64,000 bases of DNA, from NCBI GenBank assembly GCA_028534125.1, contig CM052816.1:15688001-15752000 (forward strand), read 5' to 3'. Position 1 is the stretch's first letter. The number at the start of each line of letters is the position of its first letter. This document shows positions 36,908 through 49,514 of the stretch, one piece after another. The position numbers and the translations under genes are program-made. Below the pieces are notes generated by a model that saw only the letters and a list, made by a program, of their open reading frames with translations, was not told the origin of the DNA and did no database searches. The stretch comes from Lama glama. Lineage: Eukaryota.

Positions 36908-36980
36908 CCACCAGGTGGCAGGGCACCACCTGTCTGAGCGCTGCCTCCAGCACCTTCCTCCTCTCTCCACCAGGTGGCGG
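36908..36980 (+). promoter_or_regulatory. Two tandem CTCF core motifs (candidate insulator/loop anchor)
   Basis: CCACCAGGTGGCAG at 36908-36921 and CCACCAGGTGGCGG at 36967-36980, same orientation, in non-repeat DNA. Confidence 0.55.
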
Positions 36981-37773
36981 AGCAGGCTGTGTATCAGATG
37001 CTGCGCTGACGTCTGGACGGGGGCCCCTCCTCCCTGGCCAAGGCTACCTGCAAAGCTTAACTTGGCTGTAGATGCTCCCAGAGACCGCCTGCTTCCCTCC
37101 TCATTTAGGGCTGGTGCCTCTGCTGCCCTGCGGGGTTGGTGGCCCGAGTCCTGAGCGGCCTATCAGGAAATTTACCTTGCTGCTCACAGTGTGTCTAGAA
37201 CACGGCCTGACGGGAGCAGGCCCTCAGTGCAGGTTAGTGGAATAGAGATGCCCATGTGGGTGGCTGAGGGATGCTCCTGCTCGGAAGCTACCCCTCCTGC
37301 CCCCTCCAGCCTTCCTTCCTCCTTCCAAATCCCTGCAGGTGTTGGAGGGAAGCTGCTGCTGTCTCTCTGCCGACCCCTACTTCCCCCACCTCCACCCACC
37401 GGGGCTGGCTTGCAGATTCAGACAGATGAGCTCTATGAGCCTCTTTTCTGTGGGCAGGTTGTTCAAATGCCGGGCTGCGCCTAAACTCTTGGGGCTCCGG
37501 ACCCCAGCTCCCACACCCCCATAGCCTCTCAGCTCAGGCCCAGGCTTCTGGATCTCTTTCTTTTTGTATTCTGTGTAAGCAGCTGCTTCTTGCTTCTTGA
37601 TTCTGCATCCTCCCTCTAACCCCTTCTCACAAGTGTAACAGACACGGAGATTCTGAGCCCCACCTTGGTATTTCATCGGGGTGGGGGCTATCAGAGAGCA
37701 GGAAGCTGCCAGCGCCCACTGGGAAACAAGAAGCCATTTCCCTCAGAGGCCTTGGGGGTCCACACAGCCTCCT

Positions 37774-37850
37774 CTCCCCTGGATTAACGCACTGGAAGGA
37801 CTTGAGTGGCCCCTCCCCTGGATTAACGCACTGGAAGGACTTGAGGGGCC
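37774..37850. repeat. 39-bp tandem duplication (2 copies)
   Basis: ctcccctggattaacgcactggaaggacttgag(t/g)ggcc repeated head to tail with one mismatch. Confidence 0.95.
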
Positions 37851-39367
37851 ACACAGCCCTGCTCTCCTTTTATAGGTAAGAAAATTGAAGCTCAGAGTTG
37901 AAAAAAATGTCCAAAGTTGCACAATAGGGTGGACGATCTCTGACTGGAGCTCAGGTCTTCTGTGTCTGTGATGTGGCCTTGCTTCTGAAGGGCCCTGAGT
38001 TACCAGCCTGTCCTTATACACCTGGTCACGAGTCATCTTCTTCCAGGCCCACCTCATACATGGCAGCAGCATCTTTGTCAGCTTCTCTTCTCTGCCCTGG
38101 TGGGAGGGCACATTTGGCCATGTGTGGTCTTTGTGGGCTGTGGGATGTGCGAGGGGGACTCGATCTTCAGGAGGGAGAGTCCTGGGGAGGGGAGGGATCT
38201 GGATCCTGAGAGCGCCTGGGCTAGGGTGTTCTATTCCTCTGCCCAGGAGGAAAACTTCCTGCGCCTCTGCTTTGAGCCCAGGGCTGAGCAGGATATGAGG
38301 CCAGGGGCAATGGTCTCTGAAGGTGCTAGGGAGGAGGTTGACCCCCCACAGCTCCCACGACTGCCGTGACCCATGACCCCAGCACCACTTTGTGCCTCCT
38401 CTTTCTCTCCAGGCTCTTCCTTTCACCCTGTCCCCTGGGCCATGCAACAGGGGCCCCTCATACACAGCTGCCACGTGTCCGGCATGTCAGGTCTCCGGCC
38501 CTGCCCTGGGAGGTTACCTCCGGAAGCTGAGGGTGAGGGAGGATCTACTGACGGAGCCACTAGGGGATGCTGCTCGCCCTGAACGACCCTGTCTCCTCCC
38601 AGGCCTCTTTTTGAGCAGCTCTCACCTCTCCTGCCCATCCATTAGGGATGGAGGGAGGGCCTGCCACCCTCTGCCTGAGCAGGTGTGCTCCGAGCTTCCC
38701 TTCCTGAGTACTTAGGGCATTTTCTAAATTGCAAGCTTAGGGTCTTTGCCTTTTCTGCTAACAGCCCTTCAGTGGCTCACCCCACCAGCTTCGAGGCCCT
38801 CTCGGCATCTTCTCACCATCCCTGGCCACACGGAACTCCCTTCCCTCCCTGTTTAAGCCACACTGTCTCTCACTTCTAGACTCTTGCATGTACTGATCCA
38901 TTTTTATGAAATCTTCTTCCCCCATCCCCAGCTGCTGCAGGCTAATTCACCCCACTCGTTAGAGCTCATCTCAGTCCCTCCTGTGGGAAACCTTCCAGCT
39001 CCCAAAGACTGGAGCAGGGCCTCTGTTGGAAGAACCTCTCTGATGGTCCTTGTCAGACCAGGATATAGTTGTTTCCTGATAGGCCTTCCTGACCAAAGTG
39101 GTACCATCTCCTTAAGGGAAGGGGCCAGGGTTTTTGTTTTTTGTTTCTGTTGTTTTAATTACACGGACGTGTCCTCAGCTCCACGTAACAGATGCTCGGG
39201 ATAGACTTGTGGGATGAGGTACAAGCTGATGCGGGGTGAGGAGCAGGCGGGCCTTCCCTGAAGCACTTCCTGCCATTTTGGACCTGGATTCTCTGGATCA
39301 TTAGGTCCTTCACCCCTGTGTTTCTGGGCGGTGGAGCCCAGCGTGCAAAGGTTCTGTGGGCAGAGAC

Positions 39368-39600
39368 CATTCATTCATTCATTCCTTCGTGAGTCCCTCC
39401 TATATACCAAGTACCGTGCTGACACTGGGACACAGCAGTAAATAAGACAGACGTGGTCCCTAACCTCCTGGAACTATCCTAGTGCAGGAAACCAATAATA
39501 AAGAAGCAAATATGACAACAGCACAATTACACATTGTGATATGTCCTAGAAAGGAAATGAATGGGCTGATTTGGGTGCCATGACAGAATAAGAGGAGGGG
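39368..39600 (-). mobile_element. L2 3' end
   Basis: cattcattcattcattcc...gacactgggacacagcagtaaataagacagacgtggtccct. Confidence 0.8.
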
Positions 39601-41689
39601 CTGTGCCCACAGTCCTCTCTCCCGCTGTGGCTAGCCTGCTTCTTTCTCTGCAGAAGCCTTAAGCTCCATGTTCCCAATTCTGCTTGGTTTACTTCCGAGT
39701 CACATTCTAGCCTCAGTAAGAGCTGTACTGATGAGCACTCCTGGGAGCTTTTCCTTTTAGCACTGGCTGCATCTGGGCTAGAGGGTTCTCTGGGGTGGGA
39801 AGGAGCTGTGTCTGGGCAGAAAGGGTGGCTCCTTGCTTTGCTGCTGCTGGGGAGGCCTTCGGAAGGGCCTGGATTCATCAGCAGAAGTGGCAGAGTCCTG
39901 CTATCAGGTCTGGTTAAGGGAAATGTTTGGTTCCTGGTGGCACACCGGAGTGTCCGCAGGACTGGTGTGGGGTGGCATGAAAACCATGGCCTCCTGTGGC
40001 CCCTGGCACTGCGGCTGCCAGGCCCACCCAGGACTGTGTCTCTGCTCCCCTGCCTGGGAGATCCAGTGCCTTCAGCTGTGCTGGCAGCTGTGCTGGCCTG
40101 GGCTGCTTTCTCCTCTGACCAGCTGTTTGCCTTGTTGGAAAACCCACGGCTTCGGTTTGGGTGAACTCATGTTCAAAGAGTTGGGGTGTCCCCCCCCCCC
40201 GGGGTGCTCTCCCCTGACCCCACCTGGAATTCAGGGAGCTGTCTGGCTTCTCCCAACTCCCCTACCTGGCTCCCCGCCAGGTCACTCATACAGGCTCTTG
40301 AGGGGCTTAGAGGGGAGCATTGCCAACTTGTGTCCAGGGTGAGGGGGGTCAGCTTTGTGGAGCCAGGTGGGGAGGCTGGAGGGCCCACCTGGCCCTGTGG
40401 GGTTAACAGGGTGGCAGCAGTCTCCTGCCCCGGGCGGTGCTGACGTGTCATAGAGCCCTCGTATCAAGGCACCTTTGTTTCCCCTTCAGCTGCAAGAGCA
40501 GACACCAAGTGCAGGTTGGAGGCTCCTGCTGGCCTAAGGCAGTGGCGTCTCCTGACATCACAAACCATCCCTCCTGCCATAAGCTTGGCCTATTTCGGCT
40601 CAGGGCAGTTGGGCCATGCTTGGGGTGGGGGCCACGGGCAGAGTTGGGAAAGGCCCTCCCCGCTCCCTGGACTGGCGGGGACCCAGCCAGCTCATTAACT
40701 TCAGAGACTGAATGGAGTGGAGGGCTGGGAAAGAGAGGCCCCAGGAACTGTGGGAACCCCTCTGATTCAAGGGTCCAGCTTGGGTACCCTTTGTGCTTCG
40801 GGCTTGTCCACAAATGCCTGTGCCATGAGACCCAGTCTGCCTTCCCCGAGTGTGCATGTGACGATGTTTGTGCTTAAGAGAAAGGGCGTGTTTATGGCAG
40901 TGCTGGGGGCATGTGACTAGGGTACATGTGCTCATGATTATGTGTCTTCGCCTCAGGGGGATTTGTGTCCCTTGAGGCTCTGAGTTCCTCTGTGAATAAG
41001 ACCAGGCTGGGTGTGTGTTTATAATAGTCTGCCATTCAGTGTGGGCACCCCCGTGTGTGCGTGTCTGTGTGTGACTCGCTGCTGGAGCTACTTCTCTAGC
41101 CCAGGAAGGGGATACACACACTCGAGTCCCGAGAGAGCAGGCAACACATCAGAGGGCCAGGTGGGGAACTGGAACTTCCTCTCATTTTCTAGTGCCTTTC
41201 CCTGCCCTGCTTTTCTTCCCCTCCTTCCTGTTCTCTCACCCTGGTCTTGTCCTGGAGGGATATGGAGGAAGACAAGACCCTAAAAAGGCTTTGTGACCAA
41301 TGGTCTCGCCAAATTTGGGGGCCAGGCACGGCTGGGCTTGTCCGAGAGTCAGAAAAGTGAGAGACTGGGCAGCACAGAGAGAGAGATGTTACAGTTCCTG
41401 GAACAGAGCTCCCTTTTTTTTTCTCTTGTTCTTTTCCTGGCTTGGAAATAATAGGTCTTCAATCTGAGATTAGGAGAGAAGGAAACAACCAGAAAAGGAA
41501 CCAGTTTGAACAAAGACAAATTGCTGGACGTGAACACCACCCACCACTGCGATGGGGTGTTCTTACCTAGATGCGGCTCTGCACGTAGGGGCGGGGCAGG
41601 TGCCGGGGGGGGGGGCGTTAAGTTCCCCTTCCTCACCAGGCCTAGGTGGGGGCAGGGCAGCAGGCGAGGTATAAGGGGGCTCTGGGGTC

Positions 41690-41850
41690 AGGCAGACTGG
41701 GGTCCAAGCCTGCCTCTGTTGTGTTCTAGCCAGACTTCATCTCTCTGAGTCTGGGTTTCCTTTTCTATAACCTATAGGGTGCTCTGAGGACCAAATAAGA
41801 AAAGACACACATAGCTTTGGGCACGATGCCTGGCAACGGTGAGCATAAAT
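41690..41850 (+). mobile_element. MIR fragment
   Basis: ggcagactggggtccaagcctgcctctg...ctctctgagtctgggtttcctt...ggcacgatgcctggca. Confidence 0.6.
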
Positions 41851-42379
41851 GATACTTCTGTGGATAGGGCTCGGTCCTTTCCGTGTATCAGGATCGGGTG
41901 ACAGTAAGGAGGATTTGCAGGGACACGGGTCTTAGCTGTCTGCCGAAGTAACCCTCCTTTTATCCAAAGACCCCAGCAGAGAGGCCAACCTGCTTAAGAC
42001 GGGGCTGGGTTTGCCCACAGGGGCGGCGCCTATGCTTTGTTTGTACACACAGGCACACGTGGGCATGCGTCTGTGTTGTGGGGCTTAGGAGGCGATGAGA
42101 AAACATGTTGTCCCAGCCCAGCAAAGGCTCTGAAGGTGGACAAGCACTATGGTAGAGAAGGAGGGAAGATACCCATGTTTTTGAAGTAAGAATACGGCCT
42201 AAGAACTTCTCCAGACTACCCTGGGCAGCGGCTGTATGTGTCATGTCAGATTGTTAAATGAATTTAGGGGTCTTGGGGGACTTCTGTCTGAGATCTACTT
42301 CATGGAGGTTCTTGAGCTTATCTGGAAACCATTGGTTCCTCTCTTCACTTATTCTCCATCCATTTGATGACTTGTTAGT

Positions 42380-42745
42380 TATGGGGCACACAGTGTACAT
42401 GTCATGTCAACGACGGGAGGCTTGGGCCGATATATAAAGAAACTGTTGAGATTGGACCAGGAGGAGAGAAAACTGAGGGGAGCCCCCAGATAACCTCAAG
42501 TCTAGCGAGGGCTTTTGTATGACTCCATCTTGCCTGTGAACCAGAGAAGCTGCACGTTTAAACCGCAGCAGGAAGGATTTAGGCTAGATTAGAATTCGAC
42601 AAATGTTTGGCACTGATGGTTTGGGAAAAAAAAGATTCCTGACATGGTTGGGCACAGTCAGAAGCCCCACCTGTCGGGATCTGTCTGCCCGGGGCAAGCG
42701 GTGGAGTAGGTGACCTCCTGAGGACCCATCCACGCCCGGGCGTCT
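42380..42745 (+). mobile_element. L3/CR1 LINE 3' relic
   Basis: ggaggagagaaaactgagggga...gcagcaggaaggatttaggctaga...gagtaggtgacctcctgaggacccatccac resemble CR1/L3 ORF2-end and 3'UTR motifs. Confidence 0.6.
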
Positions 42746-42754
42746 AGAATACTC

Positions 42755-42900
42755 CACTGGCTTGGATGCTGACTTACTCTAAGACCTTGGGCAGATGACT
42801 AAGCCCTAATGAGCCTCAGTTTCCCTCTCTGTTAAATGGTGATGAGAGGATTTAGTCAGTTCCTCCCTGCCTTCCAGGGCTCGGGAAGGTCAAGGAGCCC
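42755..42900 (+). mobile_element. MIR fragment
   Basis: gaccttgggcagatgactaagccctaatgagcctcagtttccctctctgttaaatgg. Confidence 0.75.
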
Positions 42901-44539
42901 ACCTCTGTAAGGTTGCTTTGATTTCTGAAGAAGAGGTCCCTATCTCTTAACTCCAGGGAGTTCCTGTGAAGATACTCCGAGCTGACTTCCCTGGCCATAG
43001 CCACACCCGACCCCTAGCCCAGTGCTTCCGTCACTGCCCAGGATTCCCAAAGCAGAATCTGGGGTCGCTCTCCATTCCCCCCACAACCGTGTGCCCTGTA
43101 GGAGGTGATTCTTTTGGGGATGCCAAGTGACGTCTCACCTCCATTTCTTGCAGGCGCTATTACCCCTGCCCAGAATGCTCTCCCCAACCCCCATCTAGTG
43201 GATCCCATTCTGTCCTGACTCTTTGAAGCCTGCTGGTCTGGCCGGCCTTTCCTTGGAGGTTCCGTTTTCTCCCCCTCTCCATCCTCCATAGTTTGCCTCA
43301 CATGTTGTTCCTCTTTCTATGCTTGCTTTGACTTGTCCCCAGCTCTGGCACTCGGCGTCTGCCTCAGGGTCAGCCATAGGTGCTTAGCAGCATTGGTGGA
43401 AGGAAGAACTATTGGGGCTGGACCTGTGAGTAACAGGAGCTTAAGGGAGCGTGGAGCGGGGAAAGGATGCTGGGAGGTCAAGAACTAGTTCTTGGGGCCA
43501 GAGAGACGGCTACATTGGAACAGGTATACAGGTGGCCCTTGTTGCCAGTGCCTCCTGCTGTCTGGCCATCCATCTGTCCAGTGACATTGCTTTTTGGATG
43601 GGTCAGGAAAGCCAGAGCTTTGGCGAAGAGCACGCACTTTGGGAGGCCAAGGTGCACTTGCTCGGGGCTGCCTTGGCCCTAGGTCATCCTGGGATCCAGG
43701 TTGGATGAGTGTGCATGTCCCCAGGCCAGTGCCAAGGTCAGGGCAGAGGCTACTGCAGAGGCTTCCTGGAACTGGACTGAACTGCCAAGAAAAGAGCTCT
43801 TCTTTGAGGGGCTGGAGATGGCCTGGTGTCAGCTGCTCTTTGGCTTTACCAGCCCCGCTTCTGCTTCCAGTTCTCAGAAGGGATCAGAGGGCCATCCACA
43901 ATCTGGAAACTAAACCGGTGATACAAAACAGGCGTGGCTTGGCAGGGCCTTCTGGAGGGGTCTTATTTACAAAACCTCCCTTCCCTGGTCAGCCTCCCAT
44001 TAGAAGCTCCGTGGGGGAGGGAGGGACCTGCAGCCTTTGACCAGATGTGGAGGTCACAGAGGGAGTCCACACCATGCTGGTCATCCCCTTCTGGGTCACG
44101 GTCCCTGGCTGGTGGGAGACGGAGGGCCTGGCCTTGGGGAACGTCTTATTCTTCTGGCTGCTGCAGCCGAAGACCATGGCTTCCACGTGTTTCTAAACAG
44201 GCTTGATTGTCCTTTGGAGTAATGTGTCACACGCAGGGCTGGAGCCTGAGCCCTGGCAGGAGGGGAGGAGGGGGACAGGCACTGGGGAGAGGAGTGTCAG
44301 GATTCTCAGGGAGACAGGGCAGGAGGGATTCAACCCAGGGAGAGGAAGCCAGCTCACGGCAGACGCACTGGTATAGTAGGCAGTGAGGGTACCGACTGGG
44401 GCTCCCCCTCCTCCCCCCACCACAGACCCACTCAGCCCCTCGACGAGCAAGGCCTAGTACCGTAAACAGCCTGAGTCAGAGCTGGGCAGCAGCTTACGAG
44501 CGTGTTGGTTCTGTCATTAGCCGTAATAGCAGCATCTCA

Positions 44540-44990
44540 CCCCGATGCTGGTGTCTTTCATCCAAGCCTCTCAAAGAACTTGACAGAACAGCAAAGGGTT
44601 CTATTATCCCCGTATTACTAATGGAGAAACCAAGGCCCAGACGAGCCTGGCAACTTTTTCAGGGTTCACGGAGGAGCTAGGAATGGGCAGGCTCTGTCCA
44701 ACTTAGGAAGTAAGTTCTGGTAGGTTCTGGGTTCTTGGGTGTCTATTCTTTATTCTTTCTCCCGTAACTTGCCAATATCGAGCAGATAACAACAGTAATA
44801 ATAGCTACCCCTCACACGGCACTTACTGGGAACCAGAGGATGTCGGCGCTGATATGAGTTCCATTTACAGATGAGGAAACTGAGTCACGGGGAAGTTAGG
44901 TAACTTTCAGGTCAGATAGCTGGTAAGCGATAGCGTCAGGATTCACACCCCAGAAGTCTGGTGCCAAAGTTTTAACCTCAGAATGATATT
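44540..44990 (-). mobile_element. Two MIR copies (about 44540-44690 and 44785-44990)
   Basis: tattatccccgtattactaatggagaaaccaaggcccaga; ccatttacagatgaggaaactgagtcacggggaagttaggtaac. Confidence 0.75.
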
Positions 44991-45539
44991 ACCATTCTGG
45001 ACCATGCCTAGGGCAGACCCTCTGTGTCCAGGCAGAACTCCAGCCTCAGCCCTGAAGAGAGGAGAGCCTCTGGCCCCTCTCTCTTCCTCCTTGGGGGAAA
45101 GAGGTCCAGAGAATGACATCCCAAGAGCTTTGGCCTGGACCTTGACTATAAGGACATTGTGGAAAGTTTCCTGATTTGACATAATTTCTGGTGAATCAGA
45201 GCCTGGGATCCAGGGAAAGGGTGCAGCATCCCCAACCCCTACTCACGGTCCCCTCTGTGCCAGCTGCCTAGGAACTTGGGTCGGGTGGGGAGTCCTGGAG
45301 CTACCTGGGGCAGTGGCTAGTATGATCAGTGTACCACCCTTACTTCCAAGACAGGGAAGAGGTCTTTGTCTCCAAGCCCACATCCTTTCTTCTGTAATGC
45401 CCACCTTATTCTCAGTGACATGCATGGCCCAAGCTTAGCCACAGATGGCTTCTCGTCCTGGCTTCCTAGAGGCCCGAAGACCCTGCCCTGGTCTTCTCTG
45501 CAACACTTCTGGAGATGGGGGTGATAGCTAGGTAAAAGC

Positions 45540-45660
45540 CAGCCTGGGAATCTGGTTCTGACATAGCTTGTTGTCCGTCCTGGAGCAAGTCACTTATGCC
45601 CTTTGATGGGCCTCGGTTTCCTCCCCTGTGAAATGAGGATGTTAATCCAGTGCTGAGCCC
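45540..45660 (+). mobile_element. MIR fragment
   Basis: gagcaagtcacttatgccctttgatgggcctcggtttcctcccctgtgaaatgagg. Confidence 0.7.
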
Positions 45661-45915
45661 TTCCCTGGCTCTCAGTTGTGTGCCTGGCTTCTTGGTTCTT
45701 GGCTGCCTAGGAGGGAGAGTCTCTTGAGAGATCCTTGAGGGCCTGGCCAACTTGAGTGGTGGGTGGGTGGGTGGTGGGGAGGAAGGTGGCTAGGAAATTC
45801 TGGGGAATCATGCTAGGCAAGGCCATTGGCTATTTCTATTCCATGTTTCTATTTCAACTATTTGTAACTTTCTGCAAAGTTCATGGTTTGGGGATTTTTT
45901 TTTTGGTCATTTTTT

Positions 45916-45925
45916 CCATATTTGG
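45916..45925. promoter_or_regulatory. Consensus CArG box (candidate SRF site)
   Basis: CCATATTTGG fits CC(A/T)6GG and lies in non-repeat DNA. Motif only. Confidence 0.3.
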
Positions 45926-47959
45926 CCATGGCCTGGAGCAATGATTTTTGGAAAGATAGAGTAAAAACCCCTTCAGCTGTTTGTAAGCATTGCAAACACC
46001 CACAAAAAAATATTCTTTTTCCATTTAGAAGAAACAACAACATAGTTATGTTTTCTTTTTCAGCTCAAATAACTCCCAAACAACTCCAAAGACTTCAAAC
46101 TTGGCTAGTAATTAATCCTTAATGAAGAGGACTGTACAATATGTGCTCTGCAAAGTTTGGGAAAAGAGGTTTCAGATTGAGAAAATCATTGATGCTTGAC
46201 AAAGCTCTGCATTCTTTTCCTGCTTGCTGGCCCTCAGCCCTCTATAGCAGCCCCCTCCTAAGAAATCCAGACCCCTAGTCTCAAACTGTAGCTCATGTGG
46301 GGTGATTCAGGAGTGAGGTTGGCATGCCTGCGGCCTGAAGATGCTGTTTTCTTTCCCATTCTGGGTGGTCTTTACCCATTTCACAGCCTGAGAGACTGAG
46401 GCTGAGCAAAGTTGGAGTCAGGCCTTGCCCTGCTTTGTAAGGCAAAGTGAACTGGTCTTTGGAATGCTTATGTTTGAGGTCCTAGTCCCAGGACTAGGGG
46501 GAGAATTCAGAGGGCTGGCCCCTGAGGAATGAAGTGAGGATGGCTCAAGTGTCCAGAGGAAATGAGAGGCTCTCCCTTGGCTGAACAAGGGAATCCTCCC
46601 CCATCAGGCCACACCCCCTGGGCTACGCCCCTTAGAAACCAGTGTCTGGGGGCTCCCTTCTATCATCTGCCCCCCTCTCCCAAATCCCTCTTGACTTCTT
46701 TCAAACTCTTCTCAATCCTGCTTGCTTCAACCTGGAAGAGGACGTGCCGTCCTTCAGTTGCTCCTTCTCCCTCTGGCTTCCGCACATCAACACCAGGAGC
46801 TCTCAGCAGTGAGAGCCTCGACCCCAGGAAACAAGCCCCCTTCACTCTGCAGATCGACACAGCGATTGGAGCTGGGTTTGTTTAGGGGGTGAGGAGGGGG
46901 AGGCTGGCAGTGTGCAGAAACCTTTGGAAGCCTGATGCCTGAGATCTAGGTCTCTAGATCCACAACTGTTTCCTACCTGCCCCAGGCAGATCTCTCTTCT
47001 CCTTGGCTCCCTTGTATGAAGAGCAGGTGAAGAGGGCTGCATCCTCTCCAATGCCCCTTTCAGGGCCAAGGACTTGGCCTTGTGTTCTCAGGATTCTTTG
47101 TGTGAATGTGCACGTGTATACATACATGTATACAGACATATACACATGAGATTTTTGACTGGGAGATGGTGACCAGCTAGTTCCCATCTCCACGGAACAA
47201 GAGAACAAATTGATTCTGGGGTGGACCAAAGACAGACATGAGGAGCCACTTGGAAAACCACAAGAGTCTTGCAGCTGGGGACATGAGGCCGAGGGAGGTG
47301 TACAGGCAGGGGCAGGGGCCGAAAGACCTGGAGAAGGCCCTGCCAGCTGGGAGGGTGGAGGATGGACCCCAAACGTGCCTACCAGCCAATATCATCGTGT
47401 CATTTTCTCACATCTGTTTCCACATCTGGAACTAACCAGATGCTCATTTCAAAGTGCTGATGAGGCCGGCCCTGATTGCCTCAGGGAGAAGCCCGTTTGA
47501 TGACATTGTCTTCCAGACCCTGTCATCTCCTCCAGATGGTAGCCTGTTTTTCAGCTGTGCTTCCCTGGGTACACCTACTGTACCATGACGCTGCAGCGGG
47601 GTTGGGGGCAGCTGCCTGGAGCAGGCCTTGCCTTAGACCCGTTGTCCAGCACTGGAACCCACAGTGCATTTAATTTTCTTGCTTGGCAGTTGCTGGCCTC
47701 CCCACTTTGCCTCATCACCTTGTCTTCTGGAACTTCCACATCCTGCCTGTTTCGACACTTGCTGCCCAGCTGCTTTAGTCTTTCTATCTGACAGCCACGT
47801 GACCTCTGCTGTGGTTTATGGCCCTTGCCTGGCTAAAGTAGGGTGGGTGTACATCAGAAGGAGCCACTCTTCTCTCCTTCTCCGTCCCTGGGCCCCAGCT
47901 CTGGACCATTCAGACCCTCAGATCTTCTTTCTCAGCTTCAAAGGGGAAGGAACAGAAAT

Positions 47960-48220
47960 CATCAACCTAGTGCCTTTGGGAAGCCCATGCTGGGGACAAT
48001 GGAGGATGCTGGAGAGGCAACAACTGGATCCTGCCCTCAAGGAGCTTAGAGTCTTGGTGGTGGGAGGGGCCCTGTGAAGTCTGAGAGCCCTTAGAGGAAA
48101 GTCACAGTCACGTACTTCATGAGTGGTGCTGCTTTAGTGCAAAAACTCAGAGAAGTGAGAGAGTGCTGTGAGTTAGGGGTCAGGGAAGGCTTCCTGGAGG
48201 AGGTGCTAACTGGTCAGGAC
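47960..48220 (-). mobile_element. L2 3' fragment
   Basis: ggatcctgccctcaaggagcttagagtc...ggtcagggaaggcttcctggaggaggtg. Confidence 0.7.
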
Positions 48221-48869
48221 AGGGACAGCCCAGAGCCGTCTAACCTGACTTCTTCAGGTCCCTGATTACTGCAATATGTGTTGAGGGAAGGGCAACTATG
48301 CTGCTTGCAGCGTTGACAGTGACTCCCACAAGCTTGAGAGAGAGAAATGGGCAGAAAGGGCACCGTGGATGGGGCGGGAGAGTTGCTGAGAGACATGTAT
48401 TTGTTTCATGTCCTTGGAACGGGCTCCCTTCCTCAGCCTCCAGAGCCAGCCCTGCAGTGGCACCCAGCCTCCCTCTCTCTGTCTCAGCACCTGCCTCCTC
48501 CCTGGCTGGAGGCTTTCACCTGCATGCCTGTGTGTGATAGGCAGGTCGGCAGGTGGGCAGGTGGCATGATTCTCAGTTTACAGAGGAAGAAACTGAGCAT
48601 TAGGGCGTTTGAGTGGCTTGTCCCTAGGCTGCCAGTGTCAGGGTTCCCCTCCTTGAATGCAGACACTCCTGCTACACCACCCGGCCCCAGGCACAGCCCA
48701 ATGGAGTCCATAGTCTGCCTTCAAGGAGCATCTAATTGTGATCTTCTTATTTACTTATTTGTCTTCTACTTCATTGAAAAAAGGCATGTGAGAAGGCGCC
48801 AGGGTATAAACCTCCTGAGAGACAAGTTTGACAGACATGAAACAGTTAAAAATAGTTCCAGGCACATAT

Positions 48870-49405
48870 GTTAAGGGCCTCCCCTGATTCCCCATTGCCA
48901 CAGGCTTCGGCCCCGGAGTCCTAGTTCAGCTTACACAGCCTTTCCAGATCTCACTCCTGCCAAACCCCTCTAGCCTCAGCTTTTACCCTTCCTCCTCGCG
49001 GTCCATGCTTAACCCTACTGAGCTCACTGCAGTTTCCAAATCCCTCACCCTCTTCCTTCCCTCGTGCTGTTCTTACTGTTTGCAATACCTCTCCTCCTCT
49101 CCACCCTGTCAACTCCTATTCAGCTTTCAGAAGCCCACTTGTTTATCACCTCTTCCAAGAAGCCTTCCCTGATCTTCAGTGCTGATCTTACCACAGTGCT
49201 CCCATGGTGCTTGTGAGCAGGTAGTCTGAGCCCAGCATTCGCACGCCCTCTTGTAACTGCCTTTTGCTTATTTGGCTCTCTCCAGACTGTAAGCTTTTTG
49301 AGAGCAGGACAGTCAGTAACTGTCTTCTTCCCTATCCCCTCCCTGCTACCTAGCATGGGGCCTAGCATCACGAGGATGCCCAACACATTGTTTGAACAGG
49401 AGTGT
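48870..49405 (+). mobile_element. L2 3' portion
   Basis: atcacctcttccaagaagccttccctgat...ccagactgtaagctttttgagagcaggac...cctagcat. Confidence 0.75.
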
Positions 49406-49514
49406 GTTGAGCTGGTAAATGCCAGAAGGGTGATGGCGATCATGAGGGAGCAGGTCAGGGAGATGGTGCTCTATAGAGAAGGTAGAGCTTGGGCTCAGAC
49501 TGGAAGGGCAATGA

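Noticed and set aside
37774..37850. CRISPR-like repeat
   Set aside because: Only two head-to-tail copies with no spacer, in eukaryotic DNA with no cas genes.
37743..38474. Longest ORF in the track (243 aa, minus) as a gene
   Set aside because: No recognisable domain; it runs through a tandem duplication and MIR-like sequence; such lengths arise by chance in GC-rich DNA.
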